Of a stretch of DNA of 54,985 bases, positions 1 to 9,390 are shown in pieces; the first letter of the stretch is position 1, and the number at the start of each line of letters is the position of its first letter. This stretch comes from Candidatus Thorarchaeota archaeon SMTZ1-45 (GTDB taxonomy: Archaea > Asgardarchaeota > Thorarchaeia > Thorarchaeales > Thorarchaeaceae), in the NCBI GenBank assembly GCA_001563335.1, contig LRSL01000033.1:1-54985 (forward strand). The letters run 5' to 3'. A program made the translations under genes and the position numbers. Below the pieces are notes generated by a model. The model was given only the letters and a program-made list of their open reading frames with translations. It searched no databases and had not been told where the DNA came from.

Positions 1-1
1 G

Positions 2-2623
2 CTCGAGCTAGACATAGGTACGGACCCATTGCTTAATGATACCGACTCAGATACCCTTTCAGACTGGGAAGAGTGGATTCTCTATGATACCGACCCCACA
101 GAGGCGGACAAGGATCAAGATGGACTTAATGATGCAGAAGAGATAGAGAATGGTACAGACTGGGAAAACTGGGACACTGATTTCGACACCATCAGTGATG
201 GAGATGAAGTGAACATCTATGAAACATCACCAATCAACGATGACACTGATGCGGACAATATCGCTGATGCAGATGAATTGTTCAATAGTCATACTAATCC
301 TCTATTACTTGATACAGATGGGGACACAATACCTGACGACTTGGATGACCAAGATGCGGATGGACTCAACAATCATGATGAGATTTACCTTTACGAGCCA
401 AACTGTACAATGATTGACTCTGACTTGGACTTGATTAGTGACTACGATGAGGTATTTGTCTGGGAAACATCACCTAACAAGTTTGACAGTGATGATGATG
501 GTCTTGGAGATTGGGATGAACTCTTCTACTGGTCGAGTGACCCCAATGACAGAGATAGTGATAATGATGGTTTAGAAGATTCAGAGGAAGCGCTTACATG
601 GCACACTCTATTGAATAGTACAGACACAGATTCAGATAGTCTTTCTGACTACGATGAGATTAAGGTGTTCGAAACAGACCCCTTGCTCTTTGATACAGAT
701 GGTGACTCCCTTGGAGACGGAGATGAACTTAACATCTACAACACATCACCCTTGCGAAAAGATACAGATAGTGACAAACTTCTCGATGGGCAGGAGATAA
801 ACGGCTTCTATATGACCTTCAATATAAGCGGTGTCATCAGCAGCAGATGGGTCTACACAAACCCAAGAGTGAGCGACACCGATAAAGACACGCTCACAGA
901 CTTTGAAGAAGTAAATAGGACGAACACAGATCCAACGCTCTACAGCACTCAGGGAACCACAGTATCAGATGCAGATTGGGATATTGATGGCGACCTCCTG
1001 ACTAATGCGCAGGAAATCCGACTCACGAGAACAAATCCACGAGTCTATGATACCGATTCTAATGGCAAGTCGGATGGTGCTGATGATGAGGATAGAGACC
1101 TTCTCACGAACTACTGGGAGTGTGTCCTGACCAAGACTGATCCCAGAGATCCAGATAGTAACGATAATGGCATATCCGATTACAACGACGATGAAGATGG
1201 TGATACACTGTCAAATGGGGAAGAGTGCAAGATCTATGGAACTGACCCAAGACACAGAGATAGTGACCGTGACGGACTCTATGACAACGAAGAGGTTGAG
1301 GACTGGGGGACTGACCCACTCAATAAAGACAGTGATTTCGATGGTCTAGAGGATGGTCCTGAGGTCAACACATGGGGGACCATGCCTGACTCTAATGACA
1401 CTGACTTAGATTGGCTCACTGATTATGAGGAAGTTATCCTGACAAACACAGATCCTACAACCAACACGACCTACGGTGTCACATTGGACAGAAACTATGA
1501 CAGTGACTCTGACGGACTCTCCAATTGGGATGAGCTGAGGGTCTACTTCACACTCCCCAACGACCCTGATTTTGACAATGATGATCTCATTGATGGTCTT
1601 GAGATTACTTTGGGCACACTCATCAATGGCACGGACAGCGACTCTGACATGTTGACTGATGGAGAAGAATACATTCTCTATGGTACTGATCCATTGGAGC
1701 CGGACAGTGACTTAGACGGACTCAGCGACTTCGAGGAAGTGTTGGTCTACGATACGGATCCGCTGGTTGAGGACAGCGATGAGGATGGCATCAGTGACTA
1801 TGATGAGGTCTGGGCTGTGAACCCACTGGGCATAGCTACTAACCCGCTAGAAGATGATGGAGACTTCGATGGGTTGAGTGACTATCAGGAACTTTTCGTT
1901 ACACCATACTCAGACCCGACCACCCCAGATAGTGACTCAGATGGACTTGACGATTACGAAGAAGTCACAGCATACTTCACTCATCCAATGAACAATGATA
2001 CGGATTCAGATCTCTTGTCAGATGGAAATGAGGTTTTCGTATATCAGACGAACCCAAGAAACCCAGACAGTGATCAAGATGGCCTAGATGACTATACAGA
2101 GGTCATGGTTCTAGGAACAGACCCTAACAATAGAGATAGTGATGCGGATGGTTTGCTTGACGGACAAGACTTTCTACCTCGTATCCACTGGATATTCCCA
2201 ATTGCGGGTCTCATTGTGCTCGCTTTCGTGGCGGCTTTAGGTATAAAACGGTACAGAGAAACTCATATGGTGGAGGAGTATGTGACCAGAGCAGAGCCTG
2301 CGAGCCTTGGGCTTGAGCCGGGCATGGACATCGTAGTAGAGTACAAGATCCGGGACGGACGGGTCATCTTTGGCGTGGTCGTGAGGAATGGTGCAAAGAA
2401 TGCCATGCATAATGTGCAGGTGATACTTGGTGTGCCAGATTTGACTGATCAAATCAAGACACAGAACCTTGGCACAGTAGAGCCGGACACGGTTTCAATA
2501 GTGCAGATCGAGTTCGAGCTGCAGCCTGGAGCTGAGGGCGAGCTCGTTGGCATGGTAGAGTACGACAGCGTAGAGGGCGAGCACAGGATAGTGAACCTGA
2601 AACCTGTCAAGATTGTCGCATAG
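2..2623 (+). CDS. Ca2+-binding acidic repeat (thrombospondin type 3-like DxDxDG) membrane protein with C-terminal beta-sandwich domain; 5'-truncated by the window edge
   Basis: The frame is open from position 2 (LELDIGTDPLLND...), so the gene starts upstream of the window. It has many imperfect T[DN]P..xD[ST]DxD(G)LxDxxE repeats, a TM helix IHWIFPIAGLIVLAFVAALGI followed by KRYR, and a ~120-aa beta-rich tail. Confidence 0.85.
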   Translation, partial: LELDIGTDPLLNDTDSDTLSDWEEWILYDTDPTEADKDQDGLNDAEEIENGTDWENWDTDFDTISDGDEVNIYETSPINDDTDADNIADADELFNSHTNPLLLDTDGDTIPDDLDDQDADGLNNHDEIYLYEPNCTMIDSDLDLISDYDEVFVWETSPNKFDSDDDGLGDWDELFYWSSDPNDRDSDNDGLEDSEEALTWHTLLNSTDTDSDSLSDYDEIKVFETDPLLFDTDGDSLGDGDELNIYNTSPLRKDTDSDKLLDGQEINGFYMTFNISGVISSRWVYTNPRVSDTDKDTLTDFEEVNRTNTDPTLYSTQGTTVSDADWDIDGDLLTNAQEIRLTRTNPRVYDTDSNGKSDGADDEDRDLLTNYWECVLTKTDPRDPDSNDNGISDYNDDEDGDTLSNGEECKIYGTDPRHRDSDRDGLYDNEEVEDWGTDPLNKDSDFDGLEDGPEVNTWGTMPDSNDTDLDWLTDYEEVILTNTDPTTNTTYGVTLDRNYDSDSDGLSNWDELRVYFTLPNDPDFDNDDLIDGLEITLGTLINGTDSDSDMLTDGEEYILYGTDPLEPDSDLDGLSDFEEVLVYDTDPLVEDSDEDGISDYDEVWAVNPLGIATNPLEDDGDFDGLSDYQELFVTPYSDPTTPDSDSDGLDDYEEVTAYFTHPMNNDTDSDLLSDGNEVFVYQTNPRNPDSDQDGLDDYTEVMVLGTDPNNRDSDADGLLDGQDFLPRIHWIFPIAGLIVLAFVAALGIKRYRETHMVEEYVTRAEPASLGLEPGMDIVVEYKIRDGRVIFGVVVRNGAKNAMHNVQVILGVPDLTDQIKTQNLGTVEPDTVSIVQIEFELQPGAEGELVGMVEYDSVEGEHRIVNLKPVKIVA

Positions 2624-2635
2624 TGAATCGATAGT

Positions 2636-3037
2636 TCACCTAGCATCATTTGTCCACGAATGGACATTCTTATTTAAAATATCATAACCTGTCTTGAGGC
2701 TCGCAAGTATCTCAATGATACAGAGAAGAAGAATCACAATGAGCCCACCAATAAGAGGAACGTTACCAGAATATGAAAACACAATGAATAGCAATCCTAG
2801 GCTCATTAGAACACTCCATCCGTATCCCACCTGTTGCCACCGTTCCCTTGGAATCCAGAGAAAGAGGAGTCCTATAAGATCTATGAGTCATATCAAGAAA
2901 GATAATGTTTCAAGTGCACCTATATACCAGTAAGCAGGAAAGAAGAAAAAAAACATGCTGAATAAAACAGCATCTCGAGCGAGATGTGTACTTCGTATGA
3001 CTGTGAGTGATGTATTATCTTGACCTTTGGACAACAT
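2636..3037 (-). pseudogene. small multi-pass membrane protein interrupted by one in-frame TGA
   Basis: ATG at 3037 reads MLSKGQDN...YWYIGALETLSFLI, then TGA (2890-2888), then continues in the same frame as LIDLIGLLFLWIPRERWQQVGYGW... into the 2636..2830 ORF. Confidence 0.6.
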
Positions 3038-3246
3038 GTAAAATTCCCCTCATGATTTTACTTTTCTCGAATGAATATAAAGAGGATTCACATTTTTGGT
3101 AGATGCCAGACAATTCTTATGAAAAGTTGTTCAGACTAGTGAGGCTGAAACCAGTGAGGATTATCACATAGTTATCTCAGCAATTCATTAGACATGGAAC
3201 AAAGAATCGCATTACTTAAGGGTCGGAGCAGTTTGTAGAATAGACC

Positions 3247-3933
3247 ATGTCGCTAGAGATCTTTAGTGTAATCTTTTGGGTCTTCGCAATAGTTTCTACA
3301 TACCTACAGGACAAAGCCTCAACAGGTGAAAAAAAAGTCGTATCCCTGACCACCCTGATTAAAATCATTCCAGCATTAAGTGCGGTCATCTTTGTTATGC
3401 TCTTTCGACCACCGACGCTATTCACCATCCTTCTGGCTGCTGCATTCGCTTTCTGTATGTTTGGAGATGTTGGGATGGAGGTTGACCTCATTCCGGGGAT
3501 AGGTATGTTTCTCATTGCTCACATTCTCTACACGATAAACTTCCTATGGCATATTAGCACAATAGGGTTCGACATACTCCAAGCAGTAATTGCTGTAGTT
3601 TGTATGTTAATCATGGTGTTGTATGTCTTCATGTTAATCAGATATCTTCGTGCCTCAGGTCCGGAAGTTCCACCCTTCATTTTAAAAGCTGGGACTTTGT
3701 ATTTCCTATTAATCTCTGCAACACTCAGTTCTTCCCTCCTACTCTGGTTGACCTCCAATGTTATTTTTGGAGCCCTTTCTGTCTTTGGTGCACTTATCTT
3801 CATAGTTTCAGATTCATTGATCGCGATTAACGAGTTTCGTCAAGAGATAACACACCATGAGTTTTACATCATGCCAACATATTATCTAGCAATCTTCCTC
3901 CTTTCGCTAGGTGTATTTGTATTTGCATTCTGA
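3247..3933 (+). CDS. lysoplasmalogenase / YhhN (TMEM86) family membrane protein
   Basis: Multi-TM protein with motifs K..P, FGDV, GIGMFLIAHILY, GALIFIVSDSLIA and PTYYLA, typical of YhhN. Confidence 0.85.
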   Translation: MSLEIFSVIFWVFAIVSTYLQDKASTGEKKVVSLTTLIKIIPALSAVIFVMLFRPPTLFTILLAAAFAFCMFGDVGMEVDLIPGIGMFLIAHILYTINFLWHISTIGFDILQAVIAVVCMLIMVLYVFMLIRYLRASGPEVPPFILKAGTLYFLLISATLSSSLLLWLTSNVIFGALSVFGALIFIVSDSLIAINEFRQEITHHEFYIMPTYYLAIFLLSLGVFVFAF

Positions 3934-4003
3934 AAGAAACAAGGTGAATATCAGTTCCAAAGTTTGATAAGACTAAAGACCCTCACAGGCTGAGGGGACA
4001 GCT

Positions 4004-5266
4004 TTGAACAAAGACGAGCTGCTGGAGACAATTGATGCCAAACTGGACCAGCTTAATCCTGAAGAACTGATCAGTCCAGAGAGCATGCGACCAATTGCCA
4101 TTAAAACACGAGAAAGAAGGCAGCTTGCAGAACTCGAGAGAGAATTACTACAGACACTCGAGGAGATAAAGTCAGACAAGCGAGTTCCAAACATTATAAC
4201 GCGATTAGCCAATGTCTATCTTAAGGAGGCTTCATTTAGCAGGGCAATTGTCCTATACGAGCTGACATTGGGACTTGATAGCAAACAGGTCAATGCATGG
4301 ATAAACATGGGTCAGGCATATTTGAAGATATCAAGCCCAGTAGAAGCTATCAGTTGCTTAGGTAGTGCTTTGGCGATGGATCAGAGAAATGCCTTAGCAA
4401 TGGTCTTTTTAGCTACAGCACAGTTGAAGCTGGGAGAACTTGAAGAAGCAAACAAGAACTTAGACCGCGCCATATTCATTAATTCTAACATGACTCGAGC
4501 ATTGCTCGGAAAAGGTGAGTATTTTCGGGCAAAGGGAGAGCTTGATGTAGCTGTGACGTGGTTGCGGCGTGCTCTATCTATGGACCCCAACTTTCTGCCA
4601 GCGCTAATGGAACTTGGTAGTGTGTATCTTGCCCTCAAGAGATATGAGGAGGCAGTTGAAGTACTAAATAAAGCTCTCAAGTTAGATCCAAACCAACCAT
4701 TTGCGCTTTCTACGATGGGGGACGTCTATTTTGAATTGCATGAGCTAGAGTCAGCCCTATATTATTATGATAAAGCAGTGAGTATCAAGTTTGATGATCC
4801 CGAACTGTGGATTAAGAAAGGTGATATCCACAAGGCGTTGAAGTCATATCAACAAGCATCCAATGCTTATCAAAAGGCAATCAATGCAGATCCTGAACAT
4901 GTGGAGTCTTGGGTTAAAAATGGAGCAGTAATGCTTCTTCTTGATGATGAAGGAACAGCTTTGGAATACCTCAACACCGCGCTTGCTCTTGATCCAACGA
5001 ATGCAGAGATAGCTTACCAGAGAGGGCTCATATACTATTCTCTGGAAAGATACGAAGAAGCATTTGCTGACTTTGATGCTGCATTTTCACTTAACCCTAG
5101 TAATCCAGAGAATCTCTACTATCGTGCAATGATGTTGGAATTGCTCGACAGAAAACCTGAAGCAAGACGAACATGGACTGTTGCGCAGCGGCTATACGAA
5201 GAGATTGGCAATGTCACAAAAGTAGCAGAATGCAAGGTGAGGATTAGACGACTAGTTCAGACTTAG
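4004..5266 (+). CDS. tetratricopeptide repeat protein
   Basis: About 9-10 consecutive TPR-like units, e.g. ALMELGSVYLALKRYEEAVEVLNKALKLDP. Confidence 0.9.
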   Translation: MNKDELLETIDAKLDQLNPEELISPESMRPIAIKTRERRQLAELERELLQTLEEIKSDKRVPNIITRLANVYLKEASFSRAIVLYELTLGLDSKQVNAWINMGQAYLKISSPVEAISCLGSALAMDQRNALAMVFLATAQLKLGELEEANKNLDRAIFINSNMTRALLGKGEYFRAKGELDVAVTWLRRALSMDPNFLPALMELGSVYLALKRYEEAVEVLNKALKLDPNQPFALSTMGDVYFELHELESALYYYDKAVSIKFDDPELWIKKGDIHKALKSYQQASNAYQKAINADPEHVESWVKNGAVMLLLDDEGTALEYLNTALALDPTNAEIAYQRGLIYYSLERYEEAFADFDAAFSLNPSNPENLYYRAMMLELLDRKPEARRTWTVAQRLYEEIGNVTKVAECKVRIRRLVQT

Positions 5267-5350
5267 GGAAAAATGACTTATGGCACAGGTATAAATCACC
5301 ATCAGGGTTATTAATCAAGAGTGAGCAAAATCTGACGGCACTGAGGAAAA

Positions 5351-6352
5351 ATGACGGAAGACTACGAAAGACTAGTCAAGAGAAACGGACGCAAGGTGAA
5401 ATGGAGTGAGTTTGTTGGTTCTACCACATTTATTGAGTCAAAGAACCTTGCAAGACATGTAGGCTGTGAAAGACTATATCTGAAATTTGAGGGAGGGAAT
5501 CCGACCGGCACACAGAAAGACCGTATTGCTCTTGCTATTATGGACGCAGCTAAACAGAAAAATGCCAGTGCAGTCACTACAGCCACCTGCGGTAATTTTG
5601 GAGCCGCACTGGCATGGGCGGCAAGAGTTTTTGATATTCCAGCTCATATCTTTATCCCAGAGGGATATCATGTACCAAAAGATCGAATGAAGCGAATCAA
5701 AGAAACTGGTGCGCAGCTCCACTTCGCACCAGGTCAATATGAGGACCTCGTTGAACTATCAAAAAAGACTGCAAAAGAGGAAGGCTGGTTTGATGCAAAT
5801 CCAGGAGTGGATGGTGTCAAGGAGATTTCTATAGAAGCGTATGCTGATATTTCACAGGAGATATACCGAGATATTCGAAGAGCTCCCAATTTTGTCTTTG
5901 TGCCTGTAGGAAATGGAACAACAATAGCAGGAATTCACATGGGATTTAAGCGATTATATGAGGCGGGTAAGATTCAGTTTCTGCCAAGGATGGTAGCTAC
6001 GAGTACTCGGCGGGGTAATCCAATTGTGAAGTCATTCAAGTTGAATAGTCGAAATATTCAAGACCTTCGTAGAGATGAAATCAAAGAAACCAAATTCAAT
6101 GAACCTCTCACCAATTGGCATGCATATGATGGTCAAGAAGCCTTAGATGCCATCTATGAATCAAAGGGATTTGCTGATTATGCCTCGGAAAGCAAAATGG
6201 TCGAGTTTTCAAAACTACTTCGTCAGGAAGAGGGTCTCTATGTCCTTCCTGCAGCAGCAAGTACACTTGCTGTTATGCATGATCTTGCAGATGACAAAGT
6301 CACAATGAAAGGAACCTTTGTTGCAATACTCACAGGTAGAGATTTTGAATAG
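5351..6352 (+). CDS. PLP-dependent fold-type II enzyme, threonine-synthase-like
   Basis: LYLKFEGGNPTGTQKDR (PLP lysine), TATCGNFGAA and VPVGNGT phosphate loop. Confidence 0.85.
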   Translation: MTEDYERLVKRNGRKVKWSEFVGSTTFIESKNLARHVGCERLYLKFEGGNPTGTQKDRIALAIMDAAKQKNASAVTTATCGNFGAALAWAARVFDIPAHIFIPEGYHVPKDRMKRIKETGAQLHFAPGQYEDLVELSKKTAKEEGWFDANPGVDGVKEISIEAYADISQEIYRDIRRAPNFVFVPVGNGTTIAGIHMGFKRLYEAGKIQFLPRMVATSTRRGNPIVKSFKLNSRNIQDLRRDEIKETKFNEPLTNWHAYDGQEALDAIYESKGFADYASESKMVEFSKLLRQEEGLYVLPAAASTLAVMHDLADDKVTMKGTFVAILTGRDFE

Positions 6353-6360
6353 AACTAGAA

Positions 6361-6876
6361 TTAGAGTGTAAGACTCATAGTGATATTACCATCATCTTCA
6401 ATACGTAGAACCTTAAAACCAAATGTTTCATAGAATCTCTGCAATGGTATCCCTACCTCATTCTCAGCCTCAGTGTCGAGCTCTATCGCATCATATCGAT
6501 TTAATTTAGCCCATTGGATTATGGAGTTTAGAACGATTCTCCCAATACCTTTGCCCCTTGTTCTAATAGCAAAGGTATCCAAATAGAATGTACTTCCTTC
6601 TTTTCTTTTAACAGGGTAACCTAAAATAACACCTTCAGAGCGTTTATTCAGAATTATGAATAGAAGTAGCACATTCTCCTCAGTCATTCTTGTTTGGAGT
6701 TCCTCAGTACTATATCGAAGAGACTCTCTAAATGAGTGTGCCTCAATATCTTTGAACAATCTTTCATATTGATCAGACCATGATTTTGCCATGACAACAC
6801 GCAAATCATCTCCTAAGAGTGGGAGGAGTTGGTCTTTCATATTCTCCCAAACATTTTGAGGGAACGATGAGTTCAT
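6361..6876 (-). CDS. GNAT family N-acetyltransferase
   Basis: Motif A TRGKGIGR and C-terminal LQRFYETFGF. Confidence 0.85.
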   Translation of the reverse strand: MNSSFPQNVWENMKDQLLPLLGDDLRVVMAKSWSDQYERLFKDIEAHSFRESLRYSTEELQTRMTEENVLLLFIILNKRSEGVILGYPVKRKEGSTFYLDTFAIRTRGKGIGRIVLNSIIQWAKLNRYDAIELDTEAENEVGIPLQRFYETFGFKVLRIEDDGNITMSLTL

Positions 6877-6899
6877 AGATTGGTGCCTCGCTCAGAGTA

Positions 6900-7895
6900 C
6901 TATTTTTTCAAATCATATCTATGGGCAGCAGAATCCATGATTCTCTGGATTAATTGGTCATAGGTATAACCAGACTTCATCGCCATAAATGGGTAAAATG
7001 ATATGTCTTGGTTATCTGGATCAAAGTCCATTCCAGGTAGCGGGTTGATTTCTAAGAAGTATAGCTGTTCGTCTTCATCCATTCTATAATCAATTCGTGC
7101 AAAATCTGGAACTTCGAGTAATTCACAAATTTCAATTGAAACCTTCTCGATTTTTCTTTTCAGGTCTTTTCGGATTTTTGCAGGACATATGTAATGGTCC
7201 AGTCCTTCATAGATTGTCTTGGCTTTCTGTCCGTAGACTCCAGCAATTTCTGATGGAAACTTCGAGAAATCTATCTCCAATATAGCAAGAACATCAGGTT
7301 TTGAACCAAGACAATCTAAGACACCCACGCTAAACTCGCGTCCTTGGATGAATTGTTCGGCCAAAATTGGTTGTTTATACTCCTGTAGCATAGCTCCCAG
7401 TTTCTTGATAAGTTGCTTCCTGTCATAGACAACATTATCCTCATTAATACCCACTGAAGATCCTTCTTCATTGGGCTTTAGTATGACAGGATATTTGAAT
7501 ACAAGTTTGCTAACTTGCTTAGTGCTGGATAGAATGTTGAACTGAGGAGTCAAAATATTGTGGAAAGATAAGAACTTCTTAGTCCAACCCTTATTCAAAC
7601 AAACTGCAGTCGAGAGAACATTTGCGCCAACATATGGAATTCCTAGCATCTCCAAGATAGCAGGAATGTGAGATTCTCGGCTCTCACCACGGACACCCTC
7701 AGCTCGATTGAAGACAAGATCTGGCTTGACTTGCTTCAATGTTTCAAGTATGTTCTCATCTGCTTCGATGAAAACATAGTCATGACCTCCTGATTCTATT
7801 CCATGTTTAATCATCTCAATTGTATGAGGCGGGTCATATTCTACTTCGAACTCTGATTCATCTTTTCGTGTGTTTAAGACTAGTGCAACTTTCAT
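6900..7895 (-). CDS. D-alanine--D-alanine ligase family ATP-grasp enzyme
   Basis: LEMLGIPYVG, CLNK, PVILKPNEEGSSVGI, EQFIQGREFSVG, ARIDYR and FLEINPLPG. Confidence 0.9.
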   Translation of the reverse strand: MKVALVLNTRKDESEFEVEYDPPHTIEMIKHGIESGGHDYVFIEADENILETLKQVKPDLVFNRAEGVRGESRESHIPAILEMLGIPYVGANVLSTAVCLNKGWTKKFLSFHNILTPQFNILSSTKQVSKLVFKYPVILKPNEEGSSVGINEDNVVYDRKQLIKKLGAMLQEYKQPILAEQFIQGREFSVGVLDCLGSKPDVLAILEIDFSKFPSEIAGVYGQKAKTIYEGLDHYICPAKIRKDLKRKIEKVSIEICELLEVPDFARIDYRMDEDEQLYFLEINPLPGMDFDPDNQDISFYPFMAMKSGYTYDQLIQRIMDSAAHRYDLKK

Positions 7896-7970
7896 TGAAT
7901 ATCAGCATAGGAATCATGCACATTTCTGTTTAAATTTTTGATACATTCTCAAATTTACCATTTTAATGGC

Positions 7971-9338
7971 CTATAGTTCAAAAGAATCAATCTCCTCTTT
8001 GAAAATAGACATGACCCTATCTTTCAAATCAGCTGGTATACTAATAGGGTCGTAGAGAGTGATGAATTTCTTGAAGAGTTCATCCTCGCGAGCTTGAGCT
8101 TCCTCATACAGTTTAGATGCCTTGAATTCTTCGACCAAGTCGCCTTTTACATTTTTCTTAACAGCAGAGTAAAATGCGAATAACTGTTCATCCATTGCAG
8201 TTTCCGAGAGAAGATAGGTCAGTGTTGTTTTCCCACCAAAGAGTGTAAAGCGATTCTTATGTTCTCTATTGAGCATGTTTTCGTGGAACCCTATTTGACT
8301 AGGGTCAATCCCTCCACCCGCACAGAGGAGGTACATCTTACCACAAATTGTGCAATGATGACACCACCTATAGTCTCGGCCTGCTTCGGTTTCTGTAAAG
8401 CAGCTCATCTGGTATTTCGCAATGTCTGGATATCGATGAGCAAGAGTTCGCTGTACCATCATATCCATCAAGGGTTCAATCAGACTTCCTGTTCCAACAG
8501 ACCGACCTGAGAACATCTTTGTCATTTGATCAATGTGCACAGTCCAATTATGAGTCTGGTCCCAGCAGGGATTCACAAGCCATCCATACTTGTCCATGTA
8601 GGTTGCAGATGTTGTTTGTTCGTTTCCAAATAGGATATACTTCCCTTGGAGCGCATATGCAAGCGGAATACATTCCAGAGCATATTCTGTAGACTGTAGA
8701 GCCCAACCAAACTCAGAGAAGGGAAGACCAAGGTAGGGATAATCTCGGAGCTTTCCGGTTTCATGTTCTATTATATGAAGGTCTTTGTTGAACTCTTTCT
8801 TGAACTGCTCAGCCAATGCAGTCTTGTGTTTCTCCTCGTATGTCATGCTATGTTCAACAAAGTAAGCCATTTCTGGATCAAGTTCCAACTCTCGAGCAAC
8901 TGCATATGTGAGAAGACTATCCTTTCCAAAACTCATACCAACGATTGCCCGGAATCCATCCTCCACAGTTTCATCAGATGGAATCTTAATGACCGGGTCT
9001 AAGAATCGGTATTGTGTATTAAAGAACCTGCGTACATATTCTACCGTATCAGTTCCGTCGACCTCAGTACAGGAGGGAATATCCCGAAAGAAATTTTCCA
9101 CAAAATACGATTCCAAGAAAGGGCGTCCTGAATGGTATACAATCTCGGGAATGTCAAAGACTATCGGGAGATGCATTGTGGTAGCTAAAGCAAGATTATC
9201 CGTAAGCGCGAGTCTTGTTTGCTCTGGTGTCTTTTCCCAATAGTTTTGTGGGTATGTTACAGGCAAAGAGTCGTTTTTGTATACAACAGCGAACCCATTT
9301 TCTATTTGTTTCGAATGTATCTCGAGCATGACAAGCAC
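7971..9338 (-). CDS. MurL-like PP-loop ATP-dependent peptide epimerase homolog
   Basis: SFGKDS PP-loop, FGNEQTTS, VNPCW, SLIEPL, QMSC and RWCHHCTIC occur in the same order as the MurL motifs I recall (GGGKDS, FSNExSAS, VNHQW, SLLRPL, FSSC, RWCxxCPKC). Confidence 0.7.
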   Translation of the reverse strand: MLVMLEIHSKQIENGFAVVYKNDSLPVTYPQNYWEKTPEQTRLALTDNLALATTMHLPIVFDIPEIVYHSGRPFLESYFVENFFRDIPSCTEVDGTDTVEYVRRFFNTQYRFLDPVIKIPSDETVEDGFRAIVGMSFGKDSLLTYAVARELELDPEMAYFVEHSMTYEEKHKTALAEQFKKEFNKDLHIIEHETGKLRDYPYLGLPFSEFGWALQSTEYALECIPLAYALQGKYILFGNEQTTSATYMDKYGWLVNPCWDQTHNWTVHIDQMTKMFSGRSVGTGSLIEPLMDMMVQRTLAHRYPDIAKYQMSCFTETEAGRDYRWCHHCTICGKMYLLCAGGGIDPSQIGFHENMLNREHKNRFTLFGGKTTLTYLLSETAMDEQLFAFYSAVKKNVKGDLVEEFKASKLYEEAQAREDELFKKFITLYDPISIPADLKDRVMSIFKEEIDSFEL

Positions 9339-9390
9339 AAACTGACTTGGTGATGTCTGAATAACTGTTGTTGTATTGAATTAAACGCAC

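Noticed and set aside
2-2170. Repetitive DNA suggesting a tandem repeat or array
   Set aside because: The repetition is at the protein level (Asp-rich Ca-binding units) with diverged codons, not a nucleotide array.
2888-2890. Selenocysteine codon
   Set aside because: It lies in a hydrophobic helix with no CxxU-type context and no recognisable SECIS. The downstream region is the coding end of the convergent gene. A nonsense change or sequencing error is simpler.
5351-6352. Calling this gene thrC
   Set aside because: The substrate-loop motif is TATCGN rather than the usual ASTGN/SSGN, and there are no thr pathway neighbours, so only the family is supported.
6900-7895. Calling this gene ddl, as evidence of peptidoglycan synthesis
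   Set aside because: It lacks the N-terminal GGxSxE motif and the omega-loop YDYxxKY of true Ddl, and no mur/mra genes are in the window.
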